DNA from: Octopus bimaculoides
Lineage: Eukaryota
Assembly: GCF_001194135.2 (NCBI RefSeq)
Contig: NC_068992.1
Location: forward strand, 37,611,763 to 37,675,762
Direction: 5' to 3'
DNA length: 64,000 bases
Numbering within the stretch: the first letter of the stretch is position 1; the number at the start of each line of letters is the position of its first letter. The position numbers and the translations under genes were made by a program. Below are positions 27,404-39,823 of this stretch, one piece after another. The notes under the pieces are model-generated. The model saw only the letters and a list, made by a program, of their open reading frames with translations, searched no databases and was not told the DNA's origin.

Positions 27404-28110
27404 CTGGAATAAACAAAACAACGATTTATACACTTTATATATGAACACATTTAAAGTTACTATCAAGGAATTTTGTATTAAAACATAAATTCAAGAGATG
27501 AGCATGTTAGAGATCAGAAACAGTAAATCCAGCCTTTCTTTAAGTTTAATTAAATTTAATAATCTGTCACACATTGCTTTGTCAAAGTTGTAAACAACTA
27601 AATGATACTATCATCCTAAATATGTCACATCAGTCCATACTCATTCAATGTATTTGTTAACTCTCCTACTTTTATCAGTTTTACTGTTTCATTCCCGGAC
27701 CCAGTATCAAGATTTTTTCTTATCTTTTTTTTGGTTTTTCTTTAGAAGTGCATTCCTCTGAAACTTCCTACTTTTTTCTATTTTACTTACTGAGGAGTTG
27801 AAGTTCAAACTGAATATTAAACATACCTCCTTCCTCAGTCTAGAAAAGCCTATCAAGGCTATGGTCATTTCTCCTTGTCCACTGATTAACTAATAAAAAT
27901 AATTACAAAAAGTAATAATTACATAAAAATCAGTCTAAGCAGTGATATCATACAGCAACTAGTATCACTTATAATGTATAATTCTATATTTTTTCTTTTA
28001 CATGTTTCAGTCACATGAATAATTTTTTTCCATTGACCAAGAGTAAGTTTTCAATGAGTTAAGTCTGCTAAGCAGTGATTCCCTGTTGAAAAATATTTCA
28101 CTTAACTTAC

Positions 28111-28162
28111 ACTGCTAATATCTTCATCTGCAGCCTGTGAAATATAGAGCCTTCTGCCTAGT
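28111..28162 (-). CDS. Candidate upstream exon (52 nt, phase 1/0; LGRRLYISQAADEDISS)
   Basis: Long poly-T acceptor ...ttttgttttag, consensus donor gtaagt, in frame with the 27284-27403 exon. Confidence 0.5.
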
Positions 28163-29384
28163 CTAAAACAAAAAAATAAAATAAAATAAATAAGATAAAA
28201 TTTTGCTAATTATTTTGATTCGCTGCATTATATTGTCAGTAAAATTGATGTTTACCACCAATACTACAACTATATCCTTATCACATGAGAAAGATCCATG
28301 AAGCTTGTCAGCTACAGTTTTGAATAAATGATAAATCTTGTCGTGGATATGATCATCTATGACTAACTGAATTCAACAAACTAAGTTGCTACATTGTATA
28401 CAGCAATGAACTCTACCTCCTCAGCACCCCATAACCAGCAACTGGACCATTTCAGAATTAAGTATCTTGCTATAGATACAATGCAGGAGCAGTGACAGTT
28501 GAGCTAGTTGCCTACTACTGTCTCAGTAATTTTAGTTTCTTTGATGTTGAAAATAAAAGGTTGTCAATGGTGTTAGTAGTAATTGAATTTTGGCAATGCC
28601 AAATGTTTAATATTTTACACATTATTCAGAGCAGAATAACATAGCATACACTGTAAGAGATTTTAACACATCTGCCAGCTTTTTATAGCATCAGTTAAAA
28701 ACAGAAAACTTGATGTGCCCTGTTTAGAACATCAGATATTTTTATTTTTTCCATAAGACATTATTATGGTGCCCCAATCCATTTTTTACATGTTATAACA
28801 CAAAGGGAATTATTATTGCTTTTGCCTAGGTCAATGTGTTTAAGCAGACCTACAATCAAAGATATTCCAGCTATGAGCATTCCAGGCTTTTGTATACCTA
28901 CAATATAACCTTCCATTTCTTGAGGCAGTAAAGTATGATTTTAGGAAGATTTTGCTATATCTAGCAGGTTGTGTGACTACAAAGACTCTTTCACCATCTA
29001 CTATTACTGCTACAACAGTAGCAGAAGAAAAAAAAAAGCAACTAAACTGATAACAACACTTGTTCAAAGATGAGACAAGCACAGAGATATAACTAATAGA
29101 GGAGAAACCACTCAACCTTGAGCACATTCTTCAAAATTGGCATCTTTACAATAATTTTTTATTCACTTGTGCAATTAAAGTCAAATCTGTATTTTTTTTT
29201 CCATTAATCACACAGCCTTGGAAGAACTTTTTAGAGTCATTACTTTATTTGGCCAATCACCCATTTTTTAGAACTATCTGCTCAATCTCAAGTGATGTGT
29301 TGGTGGCTGCTGACATTTGAAGAACCAAAACAAACCCTGACATCATAACCTCTCAACATAAGATGATCCTGTGGAGTTCCATCG

Positions 29385-30420
29385 TTTTCATGTCACAACT
29401 CTGCCCCTGGGAGCTCCTCTACATTGATGACCTTGTTCTTATAGCTGAATCACTATCTGACCTAGAGAAGAAATTTCAGGCCTGGAATCTAATGGCTTTA
29501 GAGTTAATTTAGCAAAAACCAAAGTCCTAGTGAGTAGGAAAACAGACAATTCACAAGTCCCTTCAGGTTGATGGCCCTGCTTGATATGTATGAAGAGTGT
29601 TGGTAGAAATTCCATATGTTGTACTCAGTGCTAGTTTTGGACACATAAAAAATGTAGTGGTATCACAGGAAGGTTAATGGAGAAAATAGTCTTTGTGTGT
29701 GGCAAATGTGTGGGTACAATAAGCACTAAAAATGCACAGACAATAGACTCCCTCAAATGCTTAGAAGTAGTAGATGGCTTCTATTACCTAGGTGACCAAG
29801 TTAGCAGTGGAGGAAGAAGTTCTGAAAGTGTAGTTACTAGAATAAGAATGGGCTGAGTAAAGTTCAGAGAGCTACCACCTTTGTTGGTAACTAAGGGCCT
29901 CACTCTCAGAGTGAAAGGCAGATTGTATGATGCCTATGTATGTACAGCTATAATACATGGAAGTGAAACATGGGCTTTGACTACAAGAGGACTTGTGAAG
30001 GCTTGAAAGAAATGAAGCTAGCATGCTCCACTGGATGGGTAATGTCAATGTTTACACATGACAGAGTGTTGTGCACAAGAGAGAAGAATGCACTGGTTTG
30101 GTCATGAGCTGTGTATGGATGAGGACAGCTGCATAAAGAAGTGCCAAGTTCTAATTGTGGAAGGAACCTGTGGAAAGAACCTGTGAAAGGGGTAGATCCA
30201 GAAAGATGTGGGATAAAGTGGTGAGAAAGGATCTTTGGATGCTGGGTCTCACTGAGGAAATGACAAGGGACTAGGAGTTGTGGCGATTTGTTGTACTTTA
30301 GAAGATATGCCAAACTAAATAAGATCACTGTCATACATACATATAGGCTTGTCCTTTACAGATGCTGGTACTACATAAAATGCACTTGTGCCAGTGCTGT
30401 GTAAACACACCTGTGCCAGT
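29385..30420 (+). mobile_element. 5'-truncated RTE-clade LINE fragment
   Basis: WELLYIDDLVL, YYLGDQVSSGG, AIIHGSETW; partial 3' UTR. Confidence 0.8.
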
Positions 30421-31609
30421 GGCACAGGAAAAGCACCCAGCACACCATTATTTTTATGTGTTCACTCCCCCTAAGTTTAGAACCTGGCTATGCCTCTGTT
30501 GATTTTGTCAAGGGGGAATTTCAGATCCCAAGAGTTCTATTATACAAAATTTGCAACTAAATCTACATGGCAGAATTTTACAATTATGTTATGTTGGTTT
30601 TATATTTTACACAACTTTTACTTCTAACTACACTCACTTCATACTGTGTTGTCTTTATTTTTTGTGGGAGGATGGACAATGTAAACAACAATCTTTAATA
30701 TAAAAAAAATACAGCCATAGTGCTCTCAATTCTCACTGAAGATTGTTACTTTCAATTGAAAGATGATATAAACATGAAAAAGATATAGGAGGAAGCTATA
30801 GAATTAAAATCAGAAAACCATATCATTGAATCAATGTTAATATATTAGCATCTTAACTGTTTTCTAACCAAGCTTGCAACAGCCAACATTAGAGCAGCCA
30901 GAAAATACAATTGTATAATGTTCATGTCTTCATCAAAGCAACAATAGTGTGATTAAAGGAAAATGTCAAGAAAGTATCAAAATTCCAAGAGGCTTTTGGT
31001 GGCGGTGGCAGCAGCAGCAGTGGTAGTGGTCATCGTCATCATCATAGATAACAACAATAACAATATCTTTCCCCACTATCATTATTATATCTTTAACAGT
31101 TGCTTGTTCCTCCTTGGCTTAATTTAGAGTACACAGTAGGATTAAGCTGTCTCCCTCACTCCACCATCATTTCATTTCCAGATTATCAATATTAGTTACA
31201 TTTTCACAAAAAACAAAAGCACTAATTTTTAGAGTAAAAGGATGAGAATCCCATAATGTTTATAACTTTTTGAAAGTCATCAACTATACAAGTAGGATGA
31301 AATATCTTCCGCTTGGAATCAAAATCCCATTGAGAAAATGTCACAACAACCTACATCTTCTCTGTGGAATTCACTATTCTGATCACTAATATTAATTACA
31401 TACTATGTTACCCTTGTGGTATAATAGTTATCATGTTTGCATGACTTAAAAAGAGACACATAGCTCATTCTCTTCAGCAGTTTCATGCTTATTTTAAGAA
31501 AAGGCCGAGTGACAGAAGTAGTAGAGTATCAAACTAAATGACTAACAGTTCTGTTTTGCCTCTCTTCATTCTGACTTCAAATCCTGCTTGTATTAGCTTT
31601 TTTTTTACT

Positions 31610-31988
31610 TGTTTCAGTCATTTGACTGTGGCCATGCTGGAGCTCCACCTTTAGTCGAGCAAATCGACCCCAGGACTTATTCTTTGTAAGACTAGTACTT
31701 ATTGTATCAGACTCTTTTGCTGAACTGCTAAGTTACAGGGACGTAAACACACAACCATCGGTTGTCAAGCAATGGTGGGGGGGGGGACAAAATAGACACA
31801 CAAACATATACAGACATACATATATACGACAGGCTTCTTTCAGTTTCCATCTACCAAATCCACTCACAAGGGTTTGGTCAGCTTGAGGCTATAGTAGAAG
31901 ACACTTACCCAAGGTGCCACACAGTGGGAATGAACCCAGAACTATGTGGTTGGTAAGCAAGCTACTTACCATATAGCCACTCCTGCAC
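31610..31988 (-). mobile_element. tRNA-derived octopod-type SINE
   Basis: Reverse complement has tRNA-like head (gtggctatatggtaagtagcttgc...gggttcattcccactgtgtggcaccttggg); same family as 26712-27117. Confidence 0.8.
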
Positions 31989-32819
31989 TTTGTAAGTATT
32001 TTGATAAATATTTAGGTCAAATAGTTGATTTACATTCTATCCTCAGAAATTTGTAGCCTTGGGATGGACAAAATACTATAGCATTGAACTAAACACAATA
32101 GAGGATTTTATTGTATTCTTCTACAAGCTGAGTTCAAATATTTCTTGAACATCACTTTGGGATTGATAAAATAAATTACCAGTCAGATGTGAAGAGGTGA
32201 GTAGAAGAGAGAATACAGAGGACTGGAAAAATTGGGTGGGTAAGTACATAAGTGTGTGAGAGGAGAGTGAGAGAAATGGAAGTTGAGGTGAATGTAGCAA
32301 ATGAAGAACAAAAGTGGAAGTATGGTCAACAGTAAACAGTGTAGGAGAAGATGAAAGAAACAGGAGTGCCTCAGGAAGGGAAGGGTGACAAGTGAAAGTA
32401 CAGGAAGGGTGGAAAGCAGTAGTATAATAAATCTATAGAAAGATCAGAATAGGATATGTGAGGACACAACATGTGAAGAGAGACAAAGAGAGATGGAGGT
32501 CAAAGATACATAGGGGTGGCTATAGTAAGTGGGGAACAAAAGTGGTAGAGTCATTGATGGTAGGGTGTTGAGAATGAGGGGATGCTAAAGATGATGTATG
32601 GCAGCCTAAAGCTATAGCTCAGAGGAAGAAGGACAGAAAAGGAATGATATTGAGATTGAGGGATAGACATTAAAAGAAAGTGGTTGCAGTGAAAGGGAGA
32701 GGTAATTGGTAGCACAAAAGTGAATGAAATACGAATTACAGAATTACAGCAACAGAATAGTACCATAGTTAGAGGAGTGATGGATATTAAGAAGATGAGA
32801 AGTGGTATAGGTCTGATAG

Positions 32820-33945
32820 AGACAATTTGAGCAAATCACCAATCATCTGAGTCCTCCATGAGGTACAACATCTTAAGATCAGCCTTCATTACTTTATTCC
32901 ATGTTTTCCTTGGTCTCCTTCCACAAGTTCCATCCACTTTAAGCAATCAGCACTTTTTTATACAATATCTTCATCCATACATATCACATAACCACACCAG
33001 TGCTGTCTTCTCTTTTGCACACTATATCTGATCCCCCTAATATCCACTTTTTTCTCTCAATACATCTGCACTTTTTTGTATACACACTAACATTGTACAT
33101 CCAACAGAGAATATTAGTTTCATTTCTTTCTGGCCTTTAGCATTCATAGCTCATGTCTCCCTACCATATAGCATTGCTGTTTGTACACAATCATATAATC
33201 TGCTTTTCACTCTGAGAGACCTTTTGTTACCAACTGATGTAAAAACTTTCTCAACTTTATTCTTAGGATTTCTGTAATTCCACTGCATCTTCTGTGTATC
33301 CATAGCTTGCATATGGAATTGTTGCCTACACATTTCCTATATATCAAGCAGAGCCATTTTCTCAAAGCAATTAGTCTTAAGGTCTAACACAGATTCCAAG
33401 GGTAACTGCCCTTAAACTCCTCTGTTATGGCCTGAAGGACTATGGTGAACAGGATGGGACTGAGCTCTAGTGAACACCGACAAGTAAACTAGGTCCACCA
33501 CTACTTACTTGTTACTAACATTCATCTTACAGACAGTACCACTGTATATGGCCTGTATAGCTTTCATATGTCATTCATCTACTTCTAAATTCCTCAAAGA
33601 CAATCAGATCACAGAGCAAGGGACTCTGTTAAAAGCTTTCTCTAGGTCAATGACTGCCAAGTACATTGACTTACTTTTATCTAAATACTTCACCTGCTTG
33701 CTAGAAAGAGGGTATCAGTAGTACTTCTCCCTAGTACAAAAACCAAACTGCATTTCATCTAGTTTAATTCTCTTTCAAATTAATTCGGCCCAAACTCTTT
33801 CTATAACTTTCATGACCTAGTCCAGCAATTTGATGCCTATGAAATTACTTCTAAGGCATCTCCTTTACTCTTGTAAAAGTTGAATATAATGGTACTATAC
33901 CAGTCATTGGGTATGGCACCTTCCTGTGCAACAGTGCAGAGGAAA
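32820..33945 (-). mobile_element. RTE-clade LINE RT fragment
   Basis: AIPNDWYSTII, VIDLEKAF, SLRVKSRLYDCVQTAMLYGRET. Confidence 0.78.
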
Positions 33946-33964
33946 TGAGAGAATTCGCTGAGCA

Positions 33965-35930
33965 AAGATTTTGGATTTGACTGAATTATATAATATGGAT
34001 GATTGGAGCGGCGGTGGAGGTAAATGTGGGATGATATGGGCTTGATAAGTAACTCTGTCACTATTCTGCCCCCAAAAAACTTTACTTTTGTGTTCAAAAA
34101 TTCAACACTAGTTTTTGAAAAACTAGGCGTAAATTTTATGTTGGACTTAAAGCCATAGTTTTTAGCATAACAGTCACAGAAATGTAAGAAGTCAATTAAA
34201 CTATCCTGTGATCCTTCCCAGACAAAAAAAGACATCATCAGTGAACTGTAACCAGTGTATTGGTTCATGACCATGAAGGGATTTGAATGTCTTCAGTAAC
34301 TGTGTCTCAAATTTCATCATGAAGACATTAGCGAAATTAACTGCTATGGGGATACCCATGGCACAACCCCTCATCTGGTGGTAAAATTTTTGTCCAAATT
34401 TCATTGTGTTACTTTGTAACACAAACTTCAATAACCTACAGAGAAAATTTGATGGAATACTTTTGTCTGACCGCTTTTCAAAGGCATTCATGCATGTGTC
34501 TACCCCTTCATCATGGTCAATATTGGGATATAAGGAAGAAAGATCCATGGTTACCAAAAATCAGTTTTCGATATGTGCTCAAAAAAGTTGTTGATTTTGG
34601 ACACAAAATCAAAAGTATCTCAAATATAGGAACTCGATCTTTTTGCAACAGGGAGTAGAAAGCCATCCAGCCATTCCAAAATCTTGGCTGTACAACATTC
34701 ATATCTGCTGTAAATTGGGCACATTGGAGGAAATCTTTTGAACTTTCTGTGTATTTTAGGGAGACCATAAAATACAAGTGTTCTTTCTGACAGTAAAATC
34801 CTTGATTTAGCTTTATTAATGAAATTCTTTTCCTCCATTTCCAGAAAAGTTCTTCTCTGTAGTTGGGGTTTGGATCAACAGGTAATTCTTTATATGAAGT
34901 TTTGTCTCTCAAAACTTCTTTGCAAGTTGAAATATACTCACTTTTGTCCATAATTACAATAGCACCTTCCTTATCTGCCATTTTAATAACAATAGAATCG
35001 TTATTAGCTAGATGTCGGAGTGCACAGTGTTGGGAATTTGTGAACTTATTCCAGGACTTCTTTCCACTTGTTTTAAGGCTTTCCCTAATGCCTGTCTGAC
35101 AAGTTTCAAGAAATTCCAGTAGAGCTTGTGCACATCCATCCCGAACTTTATCTGGATACCAATTGGGATTCTTTTCAATCTAATTATGCCAGATTCAATC
35201 ATCATCATTTTTATTTTCAGTAAGCACAGGGTTTTCTAACTCCTTGTTACCAGTATGTTGCAGTAAAATGTCCTCGTTTCAAACAGATATTTCCTCAGCC
35301 ACATATTGTAGCCTTTAGTCAGAATAAAAATACAAGAGATCTATTGACTTCTATTTCTGACTCCAAGAAAACTAGCATTGGAGTATCTGCATGCTGTACT
35401 TTGAAAAACAGCTGCAAGAGAGGTAAGCCCTGTTCCTTGTGCAACAACATGAGTCAAGTGAATTCCATCAGGAATCATAACAGAAATGTTATGATCTATA
35501 CAGAAGGTGAGACATGTAGAGATTCCCATTTCATGTATGTGGTAGAATGCATGAAACACAACTTGATTTATGTTGGTAGTACAACAGAACAATTAAACAA
35601 AAGTTTCAATGGGTACAGATTTGACATTAGGCACAATAACAGTAGTTCAACAGAACTTGCCAAACATTTTGTTTCAAATGGCTGCAATTTTGTAAAAGAC
35701 TTGAAAGTGCATATTCTCAGAAAATATTCTGAACACTGCTTCCCTTTCAATACTTAAAATGCATGAGGAGAAATATGTTTGTGGGTTATTAACATCACAC
35801 CATGGAGGAATGAATAAAACGACAGGAGAGTATTATCAAATTTATACAAAACTGTTTGATTGAATGTTCTTTTTCCTTTCCTTTTTTTCTCACTTTTTTC
35901 TGTCTTTTTTTTTTTGCCTGTTATAAAATT
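33965..35930. mobile_element. Penelope-like retroelement with internal inversion (RT on minus ~35260-33965; GIY-YIG on plus ~35270-35860)
   Basis: RT: ADKEGAIVIMDK, FYGLPKIH, LVTMDLSSLYPNI, GCAMG, FTDD, HRRSNHP. EN: FPQPHIVAFSQNKNTRDLL, CKRGKPCSLC, YVVECMKHNLIYVGST, LAKHF. Confidence 0.85.
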
Positions 35931-38039
35931 GAAACTTAAAAACTGATGATGTCATTCCATCTACATGTGGATGCTGGATGCTCTCATTTATACTTTAGAT
36001 TTGAATTTTTATCACTTTTTAGTTTGAAGTCGACAAAGACAGGCTTGCTGTCAAAATATTGTTCAACCAATAAAATATCTATTGCAATCACATCACGCTC
36101 TTCATCTTGTCTATCCTCGTCTTCATCATCATCGTCGTCATCGTCATCATTATTATTACCATTATCATTATTATTATTATTATTATTTCCAAATTCAATT
36201 TCCACTGTTGAAAAATGTTAAATGTAGTGATATCCTATTAAGCAAGAGATTTATCTCTAATATAATTAAAGCGAGTTTGAATATTCGGTCTATTAATCTA
36301 TGGACTAAGAAAATTTGAGCTCAACATTCTGCTAAGTTTTAAACATTAGATTATTAGAACAGTATGTGACAACATAAATTACTTTTATGCTTTACCTTTG
36401 ATAGTTATGTTCATCATTAGTATTGCTATGATTGGCACATTAATGTCTGTTTTCCATACCAACATATTTCATCCATGAGGATGAAATTTGAGTTCTGACT
36501 TTGCCACTATTTTTTATATCCCTGCCTTCATCTGTTATTTTCAATTCATTTTTGGTACACTGCACTTCTACTCCAGTACTCAATATCAGTTTATGCCACA
36601 TGACCACACAAGCAGTGTCATCTCTCCTGCAAATATTGGCCAATACCTTTAATAATCAGCTGCTCATACAGTCCCTTATATCTTACTAATTTCTCTGCAG
36701 CCTCATTAAGTCTTTAATATTTAGTGACTCTATCTGACTACCTCGTAGTATCACACTTCTGACAAATACATTCTGTCTTTTGCACAGCGAAAAAAAACAT
36801 TTGTTGTCAACAGAGTTAACATTGTCCCAAACTTCTTTTACTATTTCTCACTCTAGCTACTGCACTGTCTATACAATCGCCTCCACCCCTAATTAGTCCT
36901 GCTACATGAGCTAATGAGTAGGTTTCTGTATATTTTCTTGGGTGATACAAACAACAGCTAAGTTTGCCTTAAATCATACAAGGTGGTCCTGGGTGAAATG
37001 CCTTTCATAATAATAGGATTGCCCAATCAGAGGTGATTTACAGTTAACCATCAACAACATTAGACCACTAAGATCACAGAAACTTATTGTGAGTCATTTG
37101 AGCAACTCAAGAAAGTTACTCCTGATTAAATATTTCTGAGTATTTATTACATTTGAAGTTCTGGTTCTTAACCAGTTTTGCAGGGACCCTGCAGAATCAA
37201 TGTCCTCATTTTTTCTGCTGATTACAGAGGATTGAGTTCCTAATTATTTCTTTTCTCATAAGAAAATAAGAACACTTTTCAGTTGATTTGGGATTTTGTG
37301 TTCTCTGATATTATGTAAAACTTTGATCTTCACAGTAACTTTGAGAATTAGAACATATACTCATGTTGAGGTTTGGAACTTTTCTGAAGCTCTTTGACAG
37401 ATTTTATAATCAAAATAAGATATCAGTTTGTAAAAGTCCCCAGGACAGTAAATCTTGAATTCTGAGATATTGTCACAAGAACTATACTGATTTGTGAGAG
37501 AATGAGGATAGACTACAGAGTGGGAACGTTAAGCAGTGATAAGTGAAATTGCAGTGTTATTATCAGTCCAAATATGCTTGATGCACATTCGAACTGGGGA
37601 ACAAGCTACTCATTGCGTTTTGTCATAGAAAATATATCCTGCTTGTTGACAAATAGTGTGTATACATGTGGATCAGCTCAGACTGATAATAACATTGCAA
37701 TGAGGATAGAGTATGAGCAAACACCTATCTGTACATTAAACTATTCACTGAACTTGCTGCTGCACAACATTGAACATGGCTTGACTATATAAATTATGTG
37801 AGAAGTGTTGATACTAGAAAAATATTTATAGCTTTATTTGATAAGGAAGAGTGGCAGGCACTCTATGATTTCATAGCCATACATCTATCACTTGCTTGAG
37901 GACCAAGGTCACCTAGTAGGTGATAGATGCATGGCTTGAGACCAGTGGATGACCTGTTCTTTTGTATGGCTTGAGTCCCGTGGAAGATCATGTTAGTGTT
38001 TATGTCTTATTTTATTCATTGAATCAATGTTGCTGAAGG

Positions 38040-38400
38040 CTCCATTATGCTGGACTGGCTACATTGTACAGCAAGCTTAGGCAGAACTCATGCAAATAAA
38101 GAAAGCCTAAACTGAGATACAAGGACATGCTGAAAAGTAACCTCAAATGGAGTGGCATTACTTTACTTGAAGCCTATGCCACAGTCAGGTCAGTGTTGAG
38201 GTTTCTCATCTCACGAGCAGCAGCTGCATTCAAAGATGCCCAGTGACAGCATCTCACTGCTGCAAGAAACAGATATCACAGCACAGTGTCCACCTCAATC
38301 CAGTCAAAAGACTATCACTGTGATATCTGTGGACACCTGTGTGCTTCTAGCTTTGGATTGTTCTCATCATTGAGAACACAGTATTTGTCATCATTTGACA
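38040..38400 (+). mobile_element. 3' end of BovB-like RTE
   Basis: KPKLRYKDMLKSNLK...AAAFKD...YHCDICGHLCASSFGLFS (C2H2-like tail). Confidence 0.65.
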
Positions 38401-38439
38401 TCAATGGACTACTAACATATAAGTGGAGGTAGAAGTATG

Positions 38440-38565
38440 GCTGTGTTTTTAAGAAATCTACTTCTCGACTATATAATTTCAGGTACAATACTTCTGAGTG
38501 ACACCTTGGAAAAGTGTCTTCTATCATTGATTTAGGTTGACCAAACCTTTACAAGTGAAATTTTT
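38440..38565 (+). mobile_element. Decayed SINE head
   Basis: ggctgtg...gtgacaccttggaaaagtgtcttctatc...gaccaaacc resembles the 26712 family. Confidence 0.5.
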
Positions 38566-39749
38566 GAGATAAAAACTGGATGAATTGTTTCTCTTTTTGG
38601 AAGCTAAATTTAATTTTTGCTTAGGTTAACACTACCGCCTTTGGGAACTTTTGATTGATACCATTCTGCTGCAAGTATTTAGTCCAGATCCCTGGTCTTT
38701 CAAAAATTTCCATCCTTCCTGCCACTGGTCTAAGAAGATCAATGCTGATTTCTTTCTATGATAAAGACAAATGCATACAAGCACATACATATGCATACAT
38801 AACACTTCCCCCCCCCACACACACACACACATACATACATAAAAAGACTAAATATGTATGTTTAAATACAATTGTAGAATTAAAAACAAGCTGAAAGGAA
38901 AAATTACCCAAGCTGTGAAAACTTTAAATTTAATTCTGACAAAATTTTGTTGAAACTTTTGAAGAAGATCTTTGTCTATTCTGAAAAACAAATACAAATA
39001 TCAGTGAATAGACAAAATCATCATGGCTAAATGTATAAGTCTCCTTCAACAAAATCAGGATTACAATCACTGCGTGCAATAAAGCTACGATCTTAACAAA
39101 GATTTATGTGAAGCATATATACAATCTAACCCCAGTGAAGTCTAAAAAATTTGTGGAACTCTTAACATACAGAATTAGATGTTTTCCCCCAAAACATTTA
39201 AATGGACAAGCAAAATGTACCATTACATGTAAACTGGTATATCTAATGGAAATGTCTGATTCAAAGCAGGCTGACACTACAAAGTCAGCCATTGAAGACA
39301 ATTATTCCACTTCCACTAATAAACAGACAGAATGATCAGCTAAGTCTAGCAGTAAACAATGCACCAGCAATTTAGCTGAAACCAATACTGATACAATACT
39401 AACAGGAGAACACCAAAGACTTGTGGATAACTTACAAGTAATCTGAGGTGATATGTTTCAACAGGCTCACAACCTTAAATTGAATGACAGATCATACAAC
39501 ACCAGTATAAGTAAAGAACCCAATAAATAAAATTAAAGGCAGTAAACAAAATAGCAAACAAATATCTAAAGACCACAGAGTCCAGAGGTATGAAAACAAC
39601 CTATGAAACCATTAACCTTTTGACATATGTCTCAGCTATTACATTACTAGTGTCTCACAAAGAGCTATGCAATCAAAATTTATGCAGAAAGCCTGAAACA
39701 GCATGGGCACATAGCTTAAAAAATAAAATTTTATTCTAGTGAAAAAGTT

Positions 39750-39823
39750 ATCTCTTAAAGCCCAACCCCTCGTCCTCATCGTGAGAGATGGAAACAGGTA
39801 AAGCTGGTGAAGTTGAATGGGCT
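39750..39823 (+). ncRNA. Degenerate HDV-like self-cleaving ribozyme at RTE 5' end
   Basis: P1 atctctt/gagagat, P1.1 cc/gg, P2 agccca/tgggct, L3 tcctcat, P4 cag/ctg, J4/2 gtTgaa. P3 imperfect. Confidence 0.5.

Noticed and set aside
27827-27839. 13-nt micro-exon (ag...gtatgt)
   Set aside because: Would break the frame between the flanking candidate exons; likely chance.
33837-34274. ORF fusing the Penelope RT thumb to an RTE RT segment
   Set aside because: Chance in-frame junction between two decayed elements, both with stops nearby.
35943-35980. CTGATGA followed by a palindrome in the Penelope tail as a hammerhead
   Set aside because: The position is suggestive, but no GAAA or stem I/III could be found.
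35984-36205. Acidic Asn/Asp-rich ORF
   Set aside because: Mostly translation of (TAA)/(TCA)n trinucleotide repeats; no splice or homology support.
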